DNA of 53,434 bases. Origin: a virus. Lineage: Duplodnaviria > Caudoviricetes. The position numbers were made by a program, and so were the translations under genes. Shown here one piece after another: positions 27,344-35,622 of the stretch (positions are counted from its first letter, which is position 1; each line of letters opens with the position of its first letter). The DNA lies in the IMG/VR virus record IMGVR_UViG_3300046658_000024, positions 1 to 53,434 of that record. The stretch is one strand, 5' to 3'. The notes beneath the pieces are model-generated. The model was given only the letters and a program-made list of their open reading frames with translations. It made no database searches and was not told the origin of the DNA.

Positions 27344-28375
27344 TCACGCCTCCTGGGCGTCGTCGGTGTCGGTCTCACGCTCGGCCTTGAGCGCCGCGAT
27401 GACTTCTTGCGCAGTGCGCGAACTGGTCAGGCCCATCTCTGCCTTGACCGTCGGGCGACCCGGGATGTCGGTGCCCACGGGCCAGCGCTCCCGTGCCTCC
27501 TTGAGACGTGCCTCGAACGGGACCCGGGTCACTCCTGTGGTCCCCCGACGGGCGCGTCGAGTGGTCCGCCTGCGGAAACGGGTCACCGTGCCGCCGGAGT
27601 CACCCGTGGTCACGTCGTCGGAGTCAGCCGCACCCTGCTCGACGGAGTCATCGGCCTCAGCGAACTCGCAAACGGCCTGAGGAGTCAGCTCCCCGATCTG
27701 GTACAGAGCCAGTTCCCGGGGGGTCGCTACCCGCTTCCAGTTGCGGCCGTAACGCTCTTTCATGTCAGCTACGGCGAGGACTCGGGAGCGCTCCCGACGG
27801 AGAGCCTCGGGGTAGGAATGGATCTCCCACAGGATCATCCGGCGCCACAATGACATGGTGGTGAAGGGAGCCAAAACCCACCGTGACCTGCGGATACGGT
27901 CCATTCGGGTGCCAGCGATCATGCCGGCTTGGACGCGCAGGACGTGAGAGCCGACGTCCACGGCAACCACCCACAGGCCAGGCAGGACAGCGTGGGCGAT
28001 GATCCCGACCAGGGACAGGGACTTGTGCCCGAACTCCGGGGCGACGTTCATGCAGATGGTCGCAATGGTCAGTCCCCAAGGGATGACCTTAACTACACGC
28101 CTTTGCATGTTCCGCTTGGCGAGCCAGATTTCGAACAGCGAGAACGCGGCGATGCCCACATCGACGGTGAGGGGCACCATCCAGGCGAGCTTGCCGCAGG
28201 AGGCACCCGCTGCCTCATTGACGCGCACGAAGCTGTTGATGAAGCCGAGGACTCCGAGCAGACCAATGACAGCGACCACTGCGGAGTCAGCCTTGGATCC
28301 GCTTTGGGTCAGGGGGCGCCGGGCCGGTGACCCGTCGGTGTTGGGTCCGGGCTGTTGGGTCAGCTCTGGAGTCAT
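27344..28375 (-). CDS. DUF2637 family Spd-like membrane protein
   Basis: Four N-terminal TMs, AWMVPLTVD, MDRIRRSRWVLAPFTT..LWRRMILWE, C-terminal HTH-like segment; ATG 28375 probably leaderless. Confidence 0.85.
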   Translation of the reverse strand: MTPELTQQPGPNTDGSPARRPLTQSGSKADSAVVAVIGLLGVLGFINSFVRVNEAAGASCGKLAWMVPLTVDVGIAAFSLFEIWLAKRNMQRRVVKVIPWGLTIATICMNVAPEFGHKSLSLVGIIAHAVLPGLWVVAVDVGSHVLRVQAGMIAGTRMDRIRRSRWVLAPFTTMSLWRRMILWEIHSYPEALRRERSRVLAVADMKERYGRNWKRVATPRELALYQIGELTPQAVCEFAEADDSVEQGAADSDDVTTGDSGGTVTRFRRRTTRRARRGTTGVTRVPFEARLKEARERWPVGTDIPGRPTVKAEMGLTSSRTAQEVIAALKAERETDTDDAQEA

Positions 28376-28500
28376 GTGGACACCGTACATCAGTTGCATC
28401 AGTTACCACAACACCATCAGTTGACCCGGTATGCTGAACCGGCGGCAGGAGCAGGCCAACAGTTCCCCCAGTCGCTACGATTTCCACAGTTGCGACAGAA
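28376..28500. promoter_or_regulatory. Divergent promoter/operator region with CATCAGTT direct repeats
   Basis: CATCAGTT at 28388, 28397, 28415 plus variants at 28457 and 28484; minus-strand TACGGT 6 nt before ATG 28375. Confidence 0.6.
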
Positions 28501-28508
28501 GGCGGGTA

Positions 28509-29246
28509 ATGAGCGACGAGCAGCACACCGAACCGGACCAATGGCTACGTGCACACCAGGTCGCACAGCGATGGCGCGTGGATCGGACCTCGGTCTCCCG
28601 CATCGCAGAGCGATACGGCGTGCGGTACCAGGAGCTGCCTCCGGCCAAGAAACGTGACATCGGTGAACGTCGCTACCACCCAGGAGACGTCGAGGACGCT
28701 CTGCGGAAGATGCGGGGCGGAGTCGTTGTCAGCCATGGCATCCAGCGCCTGATCGGCTCGTGGGCTGAAGGTAAGTCCATCTGGGACGTGGACCCCGGCA
28801 CGGCTGGAGTGCCGTGGGATACGGACGTGCTATCGGTCGGCCCCGAACCAATCCCGGATCATGTAGCCCAGAAAATGGACATCCCGGCCGGCTCGGATGT
28901 CCTGGTACGGCGTCGCCGGTATCAAGTCGAAGAGCGATGGATGATGGTGTCCAACTCCTACATCCCGCTCGACCTTGCGGCCGGAACGCAAATAGCCGAA
29001 CCACACCCCGGTCCGGGTGGAATCTGGAAGCGGCTCGAAGAGCTGGGGCACGCTCCGGTGAGCACGCCGGAGACGTTGGCGTCCCGCCAGGCCACGGACG
29101 AGGAAGCGCGGCTGCTGGAGATCGAGCCTGGCTCACCCGTCCTGGAGATCCTGCGGATGGCGTCCACGGCTGAGGGCCGGGTGGTCGACCTGTCGGAGAT
29201 GGCGGCCGTGCCGCGGTACTTCCGACACTACGAACTCAAGATCTAA
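28509..29246 (+). CDS. UTRA-domain regulator (Kor-like) with Xis/MerR-type N-terminal HTH
   Basis: C-terminal UTRA (VLVRRR, SYIP, GPGGI..RLEELGH, EARLLEI.PGSPVL); N-terminal WLRAHQVAQRW..RRYHPGDVE. Confidence 0.85.
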   Translation: MSDEQHTEPDQWLRAHQVAQRWRVDRTSVSRIAERYGVRYQELPPAKKRDIGERRYHPGDVEDALRKMRGGVVVSHGIQRLIGSWAEGKSIWDVDPGTAGVPWDTDVLSVGPEPIPDHVAQKMDIPAGSDVLVRRRRYQVEERWMMVSNSYIPLDLAAGTQIAEPHPGPGGIWKRLEELGHAPVSTPETLASRQATDEEARLLEIEPGSPVLEILRMASTAEGRVVDLSEMAAVPRYFRHYELKI

Positions 29247-29255
29247 GGGGGAACG

Positions 29256-29648
29256 GTGGGGTCTACGGTCGGTGCGCACGCAGTTCGTTTTGGAAAGTAC
29301 ATCCGTGACCGACGTGAGGAATTGAAACTCACACAGGAGGACATTGCGGCACAGCTGGGTGTATCTCAGCCCTTAGTGTCCCGCTGGGAGCAGGGCAAGG
29401 ACTCACCGGTCGACAGGATTGATCACCTCGCACGGATCCTCGAAGTGCCCCTGATCCAGCTAGTGGAGCGCGTCTTTGAGCTGTTCAATCCAGTTGAGCA
29501 AGCGATCATGAACGACGATGCGCTCTTACCCAAGGAGAGGACGGCGATGCTCTCGGCATACGGCGCTCTGACTGGCCGCGATTCGGCCCGTCTTGTCGCA
29601 TCTTTTCAGGCGCAGGTCGAGAGTGAACGACTACGACGGACGTCCTGA
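29256..29648 (+). CDS. XRE-family HTH regulator
   Basis: LTQEDIAAQLGVSQPLVSRWEQG. Confidence 0.9.
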   Translation: MGSTVGAHAVRFGKYIRDRREELKLTQEDIAAQLGVSQPLVSRWEQGKDSPVDRIDHLARILEVPLIQLVERVFELFNPVEQAIMNDDALLPKERTAMLSAYGALTGRDSARLVASFQAQVESERLRRTS

Positions 29649-29660
29649 CCCCACACACCA

Positions 29661-29698
29661 CAGCGCCCCGCCTCCCGGACTGGGATGGCGGGGCGCTG
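29661..29698. terminator. Hairpin between convergent genes
   Basis: CAGCGCCCCGCC / GGCGGGGCGCTG 12-bp stem. Confidence 0.7.
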
Positions 29699-29705
29699 GT
29701 GCGTC

Positions 29706-29921
29706 TCAGCCGTGAACGACGACCCAAAGGAGAGTGAGGACGCCGACTATCAGATTGGCCATGCCGATCAGGTTGGGTATCTGGGCTTGCCTGCGAGCGC
29801 GATACACCAACCTGATCAACTCATCCTTGCCACGTGCAGGTAGCCAATGGCGCGACTGGAACCGGATTCGTCGAACATGCCGTTTCAGCCCAGCAGGCAG
29901 GGCGAGAGCTGGTCTCTTCAT
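29706..29921 (-). CDS. Small basic protein with C-terminal TM
   Basis: ATG 29921; 71 aa. Confidence 0.5.
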   Translation of the reverse strand: MKRPALALPAGLKRHVRRIRFQSRHWLPARGKDELIRLVYRARRQAQIPNLIGMANLIVGVLTLLWVVVHG

Positions 29922-30012
29922 GGCGCGACTGTACTGGCCCGGGGTGGTCACTGTCCGGCGGATACAGTGGAGCGTCCCGCCGCCATGGTTCGACGACGGG
30001 GCGCTCGTGCGG

Positions 30013-30591
30013 TCAGGCCAGCTCGGGTGAGTCACGGGCCGTCTTCCGGATGGGAGCGAGCAGGTTCAGGGCGTTCTTGCTGACCAAGTAGTCCACCAAG
30101 CGTTGTTCGTAGCCCGGATTTGAGTGAGCGACGTTGAAGAGTGGGTTTTTTTCTTGAATTTCCTTGCGTTCGACCCACTCGGCATACTCTCTACTGAACA
30201 AGACGGCAACCCTTCTGTAGGAAACGAAGCGCATCCATGCAGATGACTTCTCATGCGCCTTAGTTCTCGTCTCAAGGTCGTCAGTGACGCCCACATACAG
30301 CAGCAAACGGTCGATATCGAAGTAGTAGTACAGGTAAGTGCGCTGTTCGTACCGCCCAAGCCGGCTTTGGAGAACTTTTGTATAGAAGGCCAGAGTTTCA
30401 TGCTCGTCCATGTCGGATAACGCAGCCTCGGTCAACCATTGGTTATCGATTGGGTCATGGCAGCCACAGTGACAGGGTCCAGGGTTTGGTGGGCGGAAGT
30501 GAAAGTAACCAAGAGCTTTCAGGTGCGCCTCACACACATGGTGCTGATGTCTTTGGCATGGTGGACAGATGGGGGTAGCAGAGTCAGTCAC
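30013..30591 (-). CDS. GIY-YIG nuclease family protein
   Basis: YLYYYF..LLYVGVT..RTKAH..E..EI..NPLFN; Cys/His-rich N-terminus; lower GC. Confidence 0.85.
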   Translation of the reverse strand: MTDSATPICPPCQRHQHHVCEAHLKALGYFHFRPPNPGPCHCGCHDPIDNQWLTEAALSDMDEHETLAFYTKVLQSRLGRYEQRTYLYYYFDIDRLLLYVGVTDDLETRTKAHEKSSAWMRFVSYRRVAVLFSREYAEWVERKEIQEKNPLFNVAHSNPGYEQRLVDYLVSKNALNLLAPIRKTARDSPELA

Positions 30592-31494
30592 GGTCGTACT
30601 CCTCCGTTGGCTTGTGCGGCAACCCGGATCATCGCCACGGGTCTACTGATGGGCCGTCCCGCGTCCTGAGCCACACGCTGTTCGACCTGGATCAGGTACT
30701 CGGCCTTGTCGGAGCCCATGAAGATCAGGGTTTTCTGTGCGTTCCAGTACTCGGTCTGGTCGTAGTCATCGAGGATCTGGGGGTTGGGGGGATCGTCTTC
30801 ATCGTCGTCTTCGTCGCTGGTCGTCGTCGCGCTGGCGCTAGCCGGCCCCGGACTCCCATGAGGAACTGGGATGACGAACTCAGTTACGTACTCGGGTCTA
30901 TTGGTTAGACCGGTGGGGTCTACTGGATAGACCGGTATGGGGTTCCTCGAACCCTTCGGCGTTGCCTTCCTGGGTGTCTACTGGTTGGACCGGTTCAATC
31001 TTGGGCTTGCCGCCGTGGCGGACACACGGACCCTCTCCAGGCGTGGCCGTGCCCCATCCGGCTCGACGCTCACACCGGCCGCCCGTCTTAGTCTCGGTGG
31101 CGCACTGGACTGGCTGATCTCGGCTAACGGCCATGGGGTCCTCTGCTGGCCAGGACAGGTAGTAGGTGCTCTTCCGGCCCGGGGTTCGTCGCACCACGAT
31201 CCAGCCCTCTTGCTCTAGCTCGGCGAGCGAGTCAACGACTGTTTGACGGCTAAGCCCGATGTTGTCCATCAGCGTGGCCACCGCCGGCCAAAGTCGATGG
31301 TCATCCCTGCCGACCGTGTAGATGTACAGCCGCCGGGCGATGTTCCTACGGCTTGCTTCCAGGTGGGTCGTGTAGTCGAACATGAGTACCCACTGAAGCC
31401 CGGGGGTGATGTCCCGTCGGGCTTCAGTGAGGTACTCGAACACCCACTCCAGCGGCATGTACTGGTCGAGTGGGTATCCCCTGGGCTGGCTCAC
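30588..31494 (-). pseudogene. HTH replication-initiator-like gene split by a +1 frame change
   Basis: N part 30898-31494 (WPAVATL..GLSRQTV..SLAELEQEGWI HTH; C..C..C..HGG); start-less C part in the +1 frame ends at 30588, overlapping the next GTG. Confidence 0.65.
30894..30994. repeat. Three 21-bp iteron-like repeats
   Basis: GGGTCTATTGGTTAGACCGGT (30894), GGGTCTACTGGATAGACCGGT (30916), GTGTCTACTGGTTGGACCGGT (30974). Confidence 0.8.
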
Positions 31495-31555
31495 TTCCCA
31501 CCCCCTTCCAGGCCAGCGGGGCGACCCCCGTAGAGGCCGCCCCTTCGGTGATGGG

Positions 31556-31873
31556 TCACTGACGGCCGGCGGGGTCGATCTGGTTGGCGGCCTCGATCAG
31601 GGCCTGGCCGATCTCGCGGGCGCGGTTCGGCGACAGGTCCAAGCAGTCGGCGGCGTCGCGAAGCAGGGACACCAGGGAGGTGACGCCATCGGCGTTGATG
31701 TACGTGCTGGCGTACACCTTGATGTCGTAGTCCTGCTCACCGTCTACCGATGTGGGGAACTCGCGGCCGGCGGCGAAGTGGTGCGTAGTGTTCGGCTCGT
31801 CAGACCGGTGGCTGGCGGTGCACCACGGTGGACAGGTGACGTTCTGCGGGCGGTCACAGGTAATCTGAGACAC
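31556..31873 (-). CDS. DUF6907-like hypothetical protein
   Basis: CPPWCTASH..HH; C-terminal LSPNRAREIGQALIEAA. Confidence 0.7.
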   Translation of the reverse strand: MSQITCDRPQNVTCPPWCTASHRSDEPNTTHHFAAGREFPTSVDGEQDYDIKVYASTYINADGVTSLVSLLRDAADCLDLSPNRAREIGQALIEAANQIDPAGRQ

Positions 31874-31945
31874 GGTTCCTCACCCTCCTACTTAGGGTTG
31901 GGATCTAAGCCCTCACCGGTGGTTGCACACCGGTTCGGGCTGGTC

Positions 31946-31980
31946 AACGGCCTCTCGGGTACCCCCCGGGGGGCCGTTTT
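31946..31980 (+). terminator. Terminator-like hairpin
   Basis: AACGGCC..GGCCGTT stem followed by T run. Confidence 0.55.
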
Positions 31981-32050
31981 CTGTTGCTTCGCCAGTCTTT
32001 CAGATGCGGTTGACTAGCGCAAGTGCGCTAAGTGCGTTTAGTATCTGGTC

Positions 32051-32305
32051 ATGCCCCGCGATGCTGACGAGATGACCCCACGGGAAGTCGCAGACTTCCT
32101 CGACGTGTCCACGACCACGATCCGAAGGTGGGCCAATGACGGCACGCTGACGCCTTGCCGGATCTTCCCTGGCTCCAACTACCGCCGCTACGCGCGGGCT
32201 GACGTCGAGCGGATCAAGCAGCAGATGGAAGCCGGCACCCCGGTCGACAAGCGCAGCAAGCGCCCGAACAAGCCCCAAACCGAGACCCCTGAGGAGGAAT
32301 CGTGA
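32051..32305 (+). CDS. Excisionase/MerR-like HTH protein
   Basis: MTPREVADFLDVSTTTIRRWANDG..GSNYRRY. Confidence 0.9.
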   Translation: MPRDADEMTPREVADFLDVSTTTIRRWANDGTLTPCRIFPGSNYRRYARADVERIKQQMEAGTPVDKRSKRPNKPQTETPEEES

Positions 32306-32475
32306 ACTGCCCCGACTGCCAGCACGAGATCGCTGGCCATACTGCCCGCGTGGGCGAGGAAGGCCGCGTCTGCTACCTATGCGACTGCTACCGGTACAGC
32401 GGGGACCGGGCGTTCCTCGGCAAAGACCTCCTGGCCGAATGGCAGGCCGCGATGCAGGCCAGACTCAGCGCCTAA
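32302..32475 (+). CDS. 57-aa Cys/His zinc-binding microprotein
   Basis: GTG with SD GAGGAGG; CPDCQH..GH..VC..CDC.RY. Confidence 0.7.
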   Translation: MNCPDCQHEIAGHTARVGEEGRVCYLCDCYRYSGDRAFLGKDLLAEWQAAMQARLSA

Positions 32476-32840
32476 CCCATCCAGCCCGAGCATGACCCGC
32501 GCCGCACACCGCGGCCGGACGAGACCCCTGAGGAGACGTCGTGATCTACGACTGGAATAGCGGGAGGCTCACGTCCATCGATCCCGCTGTTGCCGAAATG
32601 CATCAGCCCGCACGGTGTAACCACTGCTGCGGAATCTACGACCTGGGCACCGTGACCGTGACCGCCAGGTACGCCGACTGTTCGATGTGGACCACGCCTT
32701 GCTGCGGCCGGACGGTTGACGACCGGGGCGAAACGGGATGGAAGTCGATCAAAGACTACGAGCGGCTGACCACCACCTAACCCGACCATCCCGAGCTTGA
32801 CCCGCGCCGCACGCCGCGGCCGGACGAGACCCCTGAGGAG
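32471..32840 (+). repeat. 65-bp direct repeats flanking one gene
   Basis: 32471-32535 and 32776-32840 near-identical, ending CGAGACCCCTGAGGAG; the same 16-mer also at 32281. Confidence 0.9.
32541..32780 (+). CDS. Hypothetical Cys-rich protein
   Basis: 79 aa; RCNHC, ARYADCS.W.TPCCGR. Confidence 0.75.
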   Translation: MIYDWNSGRLTSIDPAVAEMHQPARCNHCCGIYDLGTVTVTARYADCSMWTTPCCGRTVDDRGETGWKSIKDYERLTTT

Positions 32841-32845
32841 GGGAG

Positions 32846-33001
32846 ATGAGCGAGATCAGCACCGAAGAGGTTGAAGAGGAGGTCTGCGACAAACACTTCG
32901 ACCAAGAGATCGAAATCATCACCGAGCGCGACGGTATCCGCCGATGGGCATGCGTGCACTGTGGCGGGGAGTGGCCGGAAGACGCGGAGGAGAAGTCGTG
33001 A
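32846..33001 (+). CDS. 51-aa acidic zinc-ribbon microprotein
   Basis: SD GGAGG; CDKH...CVHCGGEW. Confidence 0.65.
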   Translation: MSEISTEEVEEEVCDKHFDQEIEIITERDGIRRWACVHCGGEWPEDAEEKS

Positions 33002-33141
33002 GACTCACGAACAGGTCGTGCCCCGTCTGCGACCACCCGATCACCGGCCACTCCGCACAGGTGGGCGGCATCCGCTACGTGTGCTCGGCGCCGGATTGCG
33101 ACTGCCGCCGGTACTGCACGTCACAGATGGCCAGCCGCTGA
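32998..33141 (+). CDS. 47-aa zinc-binding microprotein, paralog of 32302-32475
   Basis: CPVCDH..GH..VG..VC..CDCRRY. Confidence 0.65.
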   Translation: MRLTNRSCPVCDHPITGHSAQVGGIRYVCSAPDCDCRRYCTSQMASR

Positions 33142-33160
33142 ACTGAGCCCAGACAGCACG

Positions 33161-33191
33161 AAGCCCCCGGTTTTTAGCCGGGGGCTTTCTT
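33161..33191. terminator. Bidirectional intrinsic terminator
   Basis: AAGCCCCCGG / CCGGGGGCTT stem with T-rich tail, between convergent genes. Confidence 0.85.
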
Positions 33192-33201
33192 GCGTGTGGG
33201 G

Positions 33202-33456
33202 TTAGTCGCGGGGGGCCACCTGGGCAAGGGTGGCGAGTGCACCTACAGCCTGGTTGAGCTGGGTTACGACCTGAGCCAGGTGGCGTGCCTCTCCGGCGAT
33301 GATGGGCGCCGACCTTTTTGTGTAGCTGGCGATCCGTCCTTGCAGGTTGTGGACTAGGCGGGCCGCCTGGTCAATCTCTATCTGCGCGGTCTCCAGATGC
33401 CCATGCTGCTCGTGCTCGATGGCGTGCGCGGTCAGATCCTGGTCAGTGCTGGTCAC
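33202..33456 (-). CDS. Hypothetical helical protein
   Basis: GTG 33456 with SD GAGGGGAG; 84 aa. Confidence 0.6.
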   Translation of the reverse strand: MTSTDQDLTAHAIEHEQHGHLETAQIEIDQAARLVHNLQGRIASYTKRSAPIIAGEARHLAQVVTQLNQAVGALATLAQVAPRD

Positions 33457-33685
33457 TGTCGCTCCCCTCGTTGATGTCTTCGCTGGCGTAGGGATCCTTG
33501 ATGCCGGCCTCGCGGGCTTTGCGGCGGATGGTCTCCCGGGATGCGCCCGTGATCTGTACAGCCCTGGCCTGCCAGCCGCGTACGCCGGCTCGGAGCACGT
33601 CGAGAAGTGCGGCGTGCTCAGCAGCCTCGGCCTTCCGGCGGGTTTCGACTGCCGTTCGTAGGCGGTTGAGGGGTGTCTCGTCCAT
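33443..33685 (-). CDS. Small HTH DNA-binding protein
   Basis: QARAVQITGASRETIRRK; ATG 33685. Confidence 0.7.
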   Translation of the reverse strand: MDETPLNRLRTAVETRRKAEAAEHAALLDVLRAGVRGWQARAVQITGASRETIRRKAREAGIKDPYASEDINEGSDSDQH

Positions 33686-33732
33686 GACCCCAGTATGCCG
33701 CAAATCTGGGCCGAAAGGTACGGCCAAACCTC

Positions 33733-33761
33733 TTGACTTAGCCTCACAGTTAGGCCATAGT
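33733..33761 (+). promoter_or_regulatory. Sigma70-like promoter
   Basis: TTGACT-17 nt-CATAGT in an AT-richer divergent intergenic region. Confidence 0.55.
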
Positions 33762-33802
33762 TATGGGCATAAGGGAAGACGACCAGCAAGGGGGAGATCC
33801 AA

Positions 33803-34027
33803 ATGGCCACCACGATCAACACCTTCGAGATCACCGCCATCACCGGCGACGACGAAGCGCTCGACCTGGTCGTGACGGCCGAAGAGGTCCACGAGGGCCT
33901 GGACTCCGGCGACTGGACCGACGTCATCCACCAGGGCTGCGGCGACACCGCGGCGTACTGCCCCGACCTGCGGCCGGTCGTCCCCCGCGAGTGGCTGGAC
34001 CGCAAGCTCGACGTCGAGGACGAGTAG
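33803..34027 (+). CDS. Hypothetical acidic protein
   Basis: 74 aa; SD GGGGAG; high GC3. Confidence 0.7.
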   Translation: MATTINTFEITAITGDDEALDLVVTAEEVHEGLDSGDWTDVIHQGCGDTAAYCPDLRPVVPREWLDRKLDVEDE

Positions 34028-34104
34028 CGAGCGGCCACCACCCGTCCAACCGCAGACCCGGGCCGGTCCACCAGGGCCGGCCCCCAACCAGCAAGGAGGA
34101 CTCG

Positions 34105-34347
34105 GTGGCAGCCAGGGCGACAGTCTGGACAGGAGGCTTCCGCTGGGACGTCCGTCAGCGCTACATCGACAGCAAGGCTGGCGAGACGCGCTACGAAATC
34201 ACCCGTCGCTGCGCTGGCCACTGGACCGAGAGCGCCGCGTGCATTTCAGGTCTGCACGTCCAAACCATCGGCCAGGTGGAGTACGAGCGGGCCATCGGCC
34301 GTGAGGCTCGCCTTCGGGCCGTCGGCGAACTCCCTGCCGAGCAGTAG
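34105..34347 (+). CDS. Hypothetical protein
   Basis: GTG with SD AAGGAGG; 80 aa. Confidence 0.7.
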   Translation: MAARATVWTGGFRWDVRQRYIDSKAGETRYEITRRCAGHWTESAACISGLHVQTIGQVEYERAIGREARLRAVGELPAEQ

Positions 34348-34441
34348 CCAACAACACAGAGGCCCGGGCCGAACCCAGGTAAAAGGAGCCAGCGGGTTCC
34401 CTTCCTGGGGGGACAGCCCGGGCCAGAAAGGAAGGATCGAG

Positions 34442-34648
34442 ATGAGCCGCACCTACAAGCCGGGCGACAAGATGACCGCAACCCGTCGTGAGCGGCAGCG
34501 GAACGCCAACACCGGCAAGTGGGTCGAGTGGTCCCAGAAGCCCTTCAACGGCGTGGTCCGGTCGCTTTGGCGCGGCCAGTACATCGTGATGGACGAGAAG
34601 AACTGCACCACGGCCACCTACTCGGACGCGGAGCTCAAAGCCCGCTAA
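34442..34648 (+). CDS. Hypothetical protein
   Basis: ATG with SD AAGGA; 68 aa. Confidence 0.7.
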   Translation: MSRTYKPGDKMTATRRERQRNANTGKWVEWSQKPFNGVVRSLWRGQYIVMDEKNCTTATYSDAELKAR

Positions 34649-34881
34649 TTCAGACCCGGGCCGGCCTCCAGGTCGGCCCACGACAAAGCCTAGATGGGGG
34701 TCACGCTCCACCTAGGCGCGCAGGGGGCTAGGCATCTACCGGGTGCCGAGTCCACCACCCGGGGTCGCTCCCCAGGGTGGTCCTCCCGGGGTCGACCCGG
34801 TCCGTACCCAACGGGCCGGCAAAGGGCCCCGGGAGGCCATTGAAAACCAACCGCCAGACCATCACCGGAAAGGAAAGCCCC

Positions 34882-35265
34882 ATGGCCGCCACCGCCACAG
34901 TGCAGCTCGCCCTCCCGTATTGGGACAGAGACCGCAAATATGGCGCGGGAGAGCCCACCTACCGGCTGCTGGTGGACGCGATCCCCGCAGGCAACGGCCT
35001 GTACGTGTACCGCTCCGTCCTCCTGCATGCCCTGCCGGAGAACCGGTCCGGAGACATCGTCGCCCCGATCAACCCGAAAGGTCACTGGCAAGTCGCAAAC
35101 CATGAAGGCGCAGCGGTGGCCGACTGTCGGACCCGGAAGGCAGCCCTGGAACTGTGCGCCCAGCTCGGCGAGATCTCGTCTGACTGGAACCGGAAAGCGG
35201 TGCGCGCGATGTCCCGGGAGGACCGGGAGCAGGTCCATAAGTTGATCTCGAACGCTGAACGCTGA
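34882..35265 (+). CDS. Hypothetical protein
   Basis: ATG with SD AAGGA; 127 aa. Confidence 0.7.
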   Translation: MAATATVQLALPYWDRDRKYGAGEPTYRLLVDAIPAGNGLYVYRSVLLHALPENRSGDIVAPINPKGHWQVANHEGAAVADCRTRKAALELCAQLGEISSDWNRKAVRAMSREDREQVHKLISNAER

Positions 35266-35322
35266 CCCAAACCCGGACCCGGGCCGGCCTCCAGGTCGGC
35301 CCACGACAACCAGGAGGACCCG

Positions 35323-35580
35323 GTGGCCACAACCGAAAACGAGATCAACGTTCCCGCCATGCTGCTCGACAGGGCCACCAAACTCTGGAGCGAGCGGTCC
35401 CGGATTCAGGTAACCGACGACTCAGGCAGGGTCAACAAGGCCGCCGCTGATCGGTGCGAGCGCCTGTTCGAGCAGGTCCGAGAGCTGCTGCACGAATGGC
35501 AGGACATAACCGGAGGGTCCGACTCTGACCGCGCCAAAGCGTGGCAGGAAATCGACCAGCGTTCAAAATCAACACCATAA
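35323..35580 (+). CDS. Hypothetical protein
   Basis: GTG with SD AGGAGG; 85 aa. Confidence 0.7.
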   Translation: MATTENEINVPAMLLDRATKLWSERSRIQVTDDSGRVNKAAADRCERLFEQVRELLHEWQDITGGSDSDRAKAWQEIDQRSKSTP

Positions 35581-35622
35581 TCGTTCTTATGTAGTCAATT
35601 CCAAAAATCGAGAGGAAGGGAA

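Larger units (their letters stand above)
21863..29246 (-). mobile_element. AICE/plasmid-like transfer and spread module embedded in the phage
   Basis: FtsK/TraB-like translocase, DUF2637, small membrane genes, divergent UTRA regulator; no dedicated integrase or flanking att repeats seen. Confidence 0.75.
34053..35309 (+). repeat. Repeated intergenic hairpin element
   Basis: GACCCGGGCCGGCCTCCAGGTCGGCCCACGACAA identical at 34653-34686 and 35276-35309; variant at 34053-34085. Confidence 0.85.
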
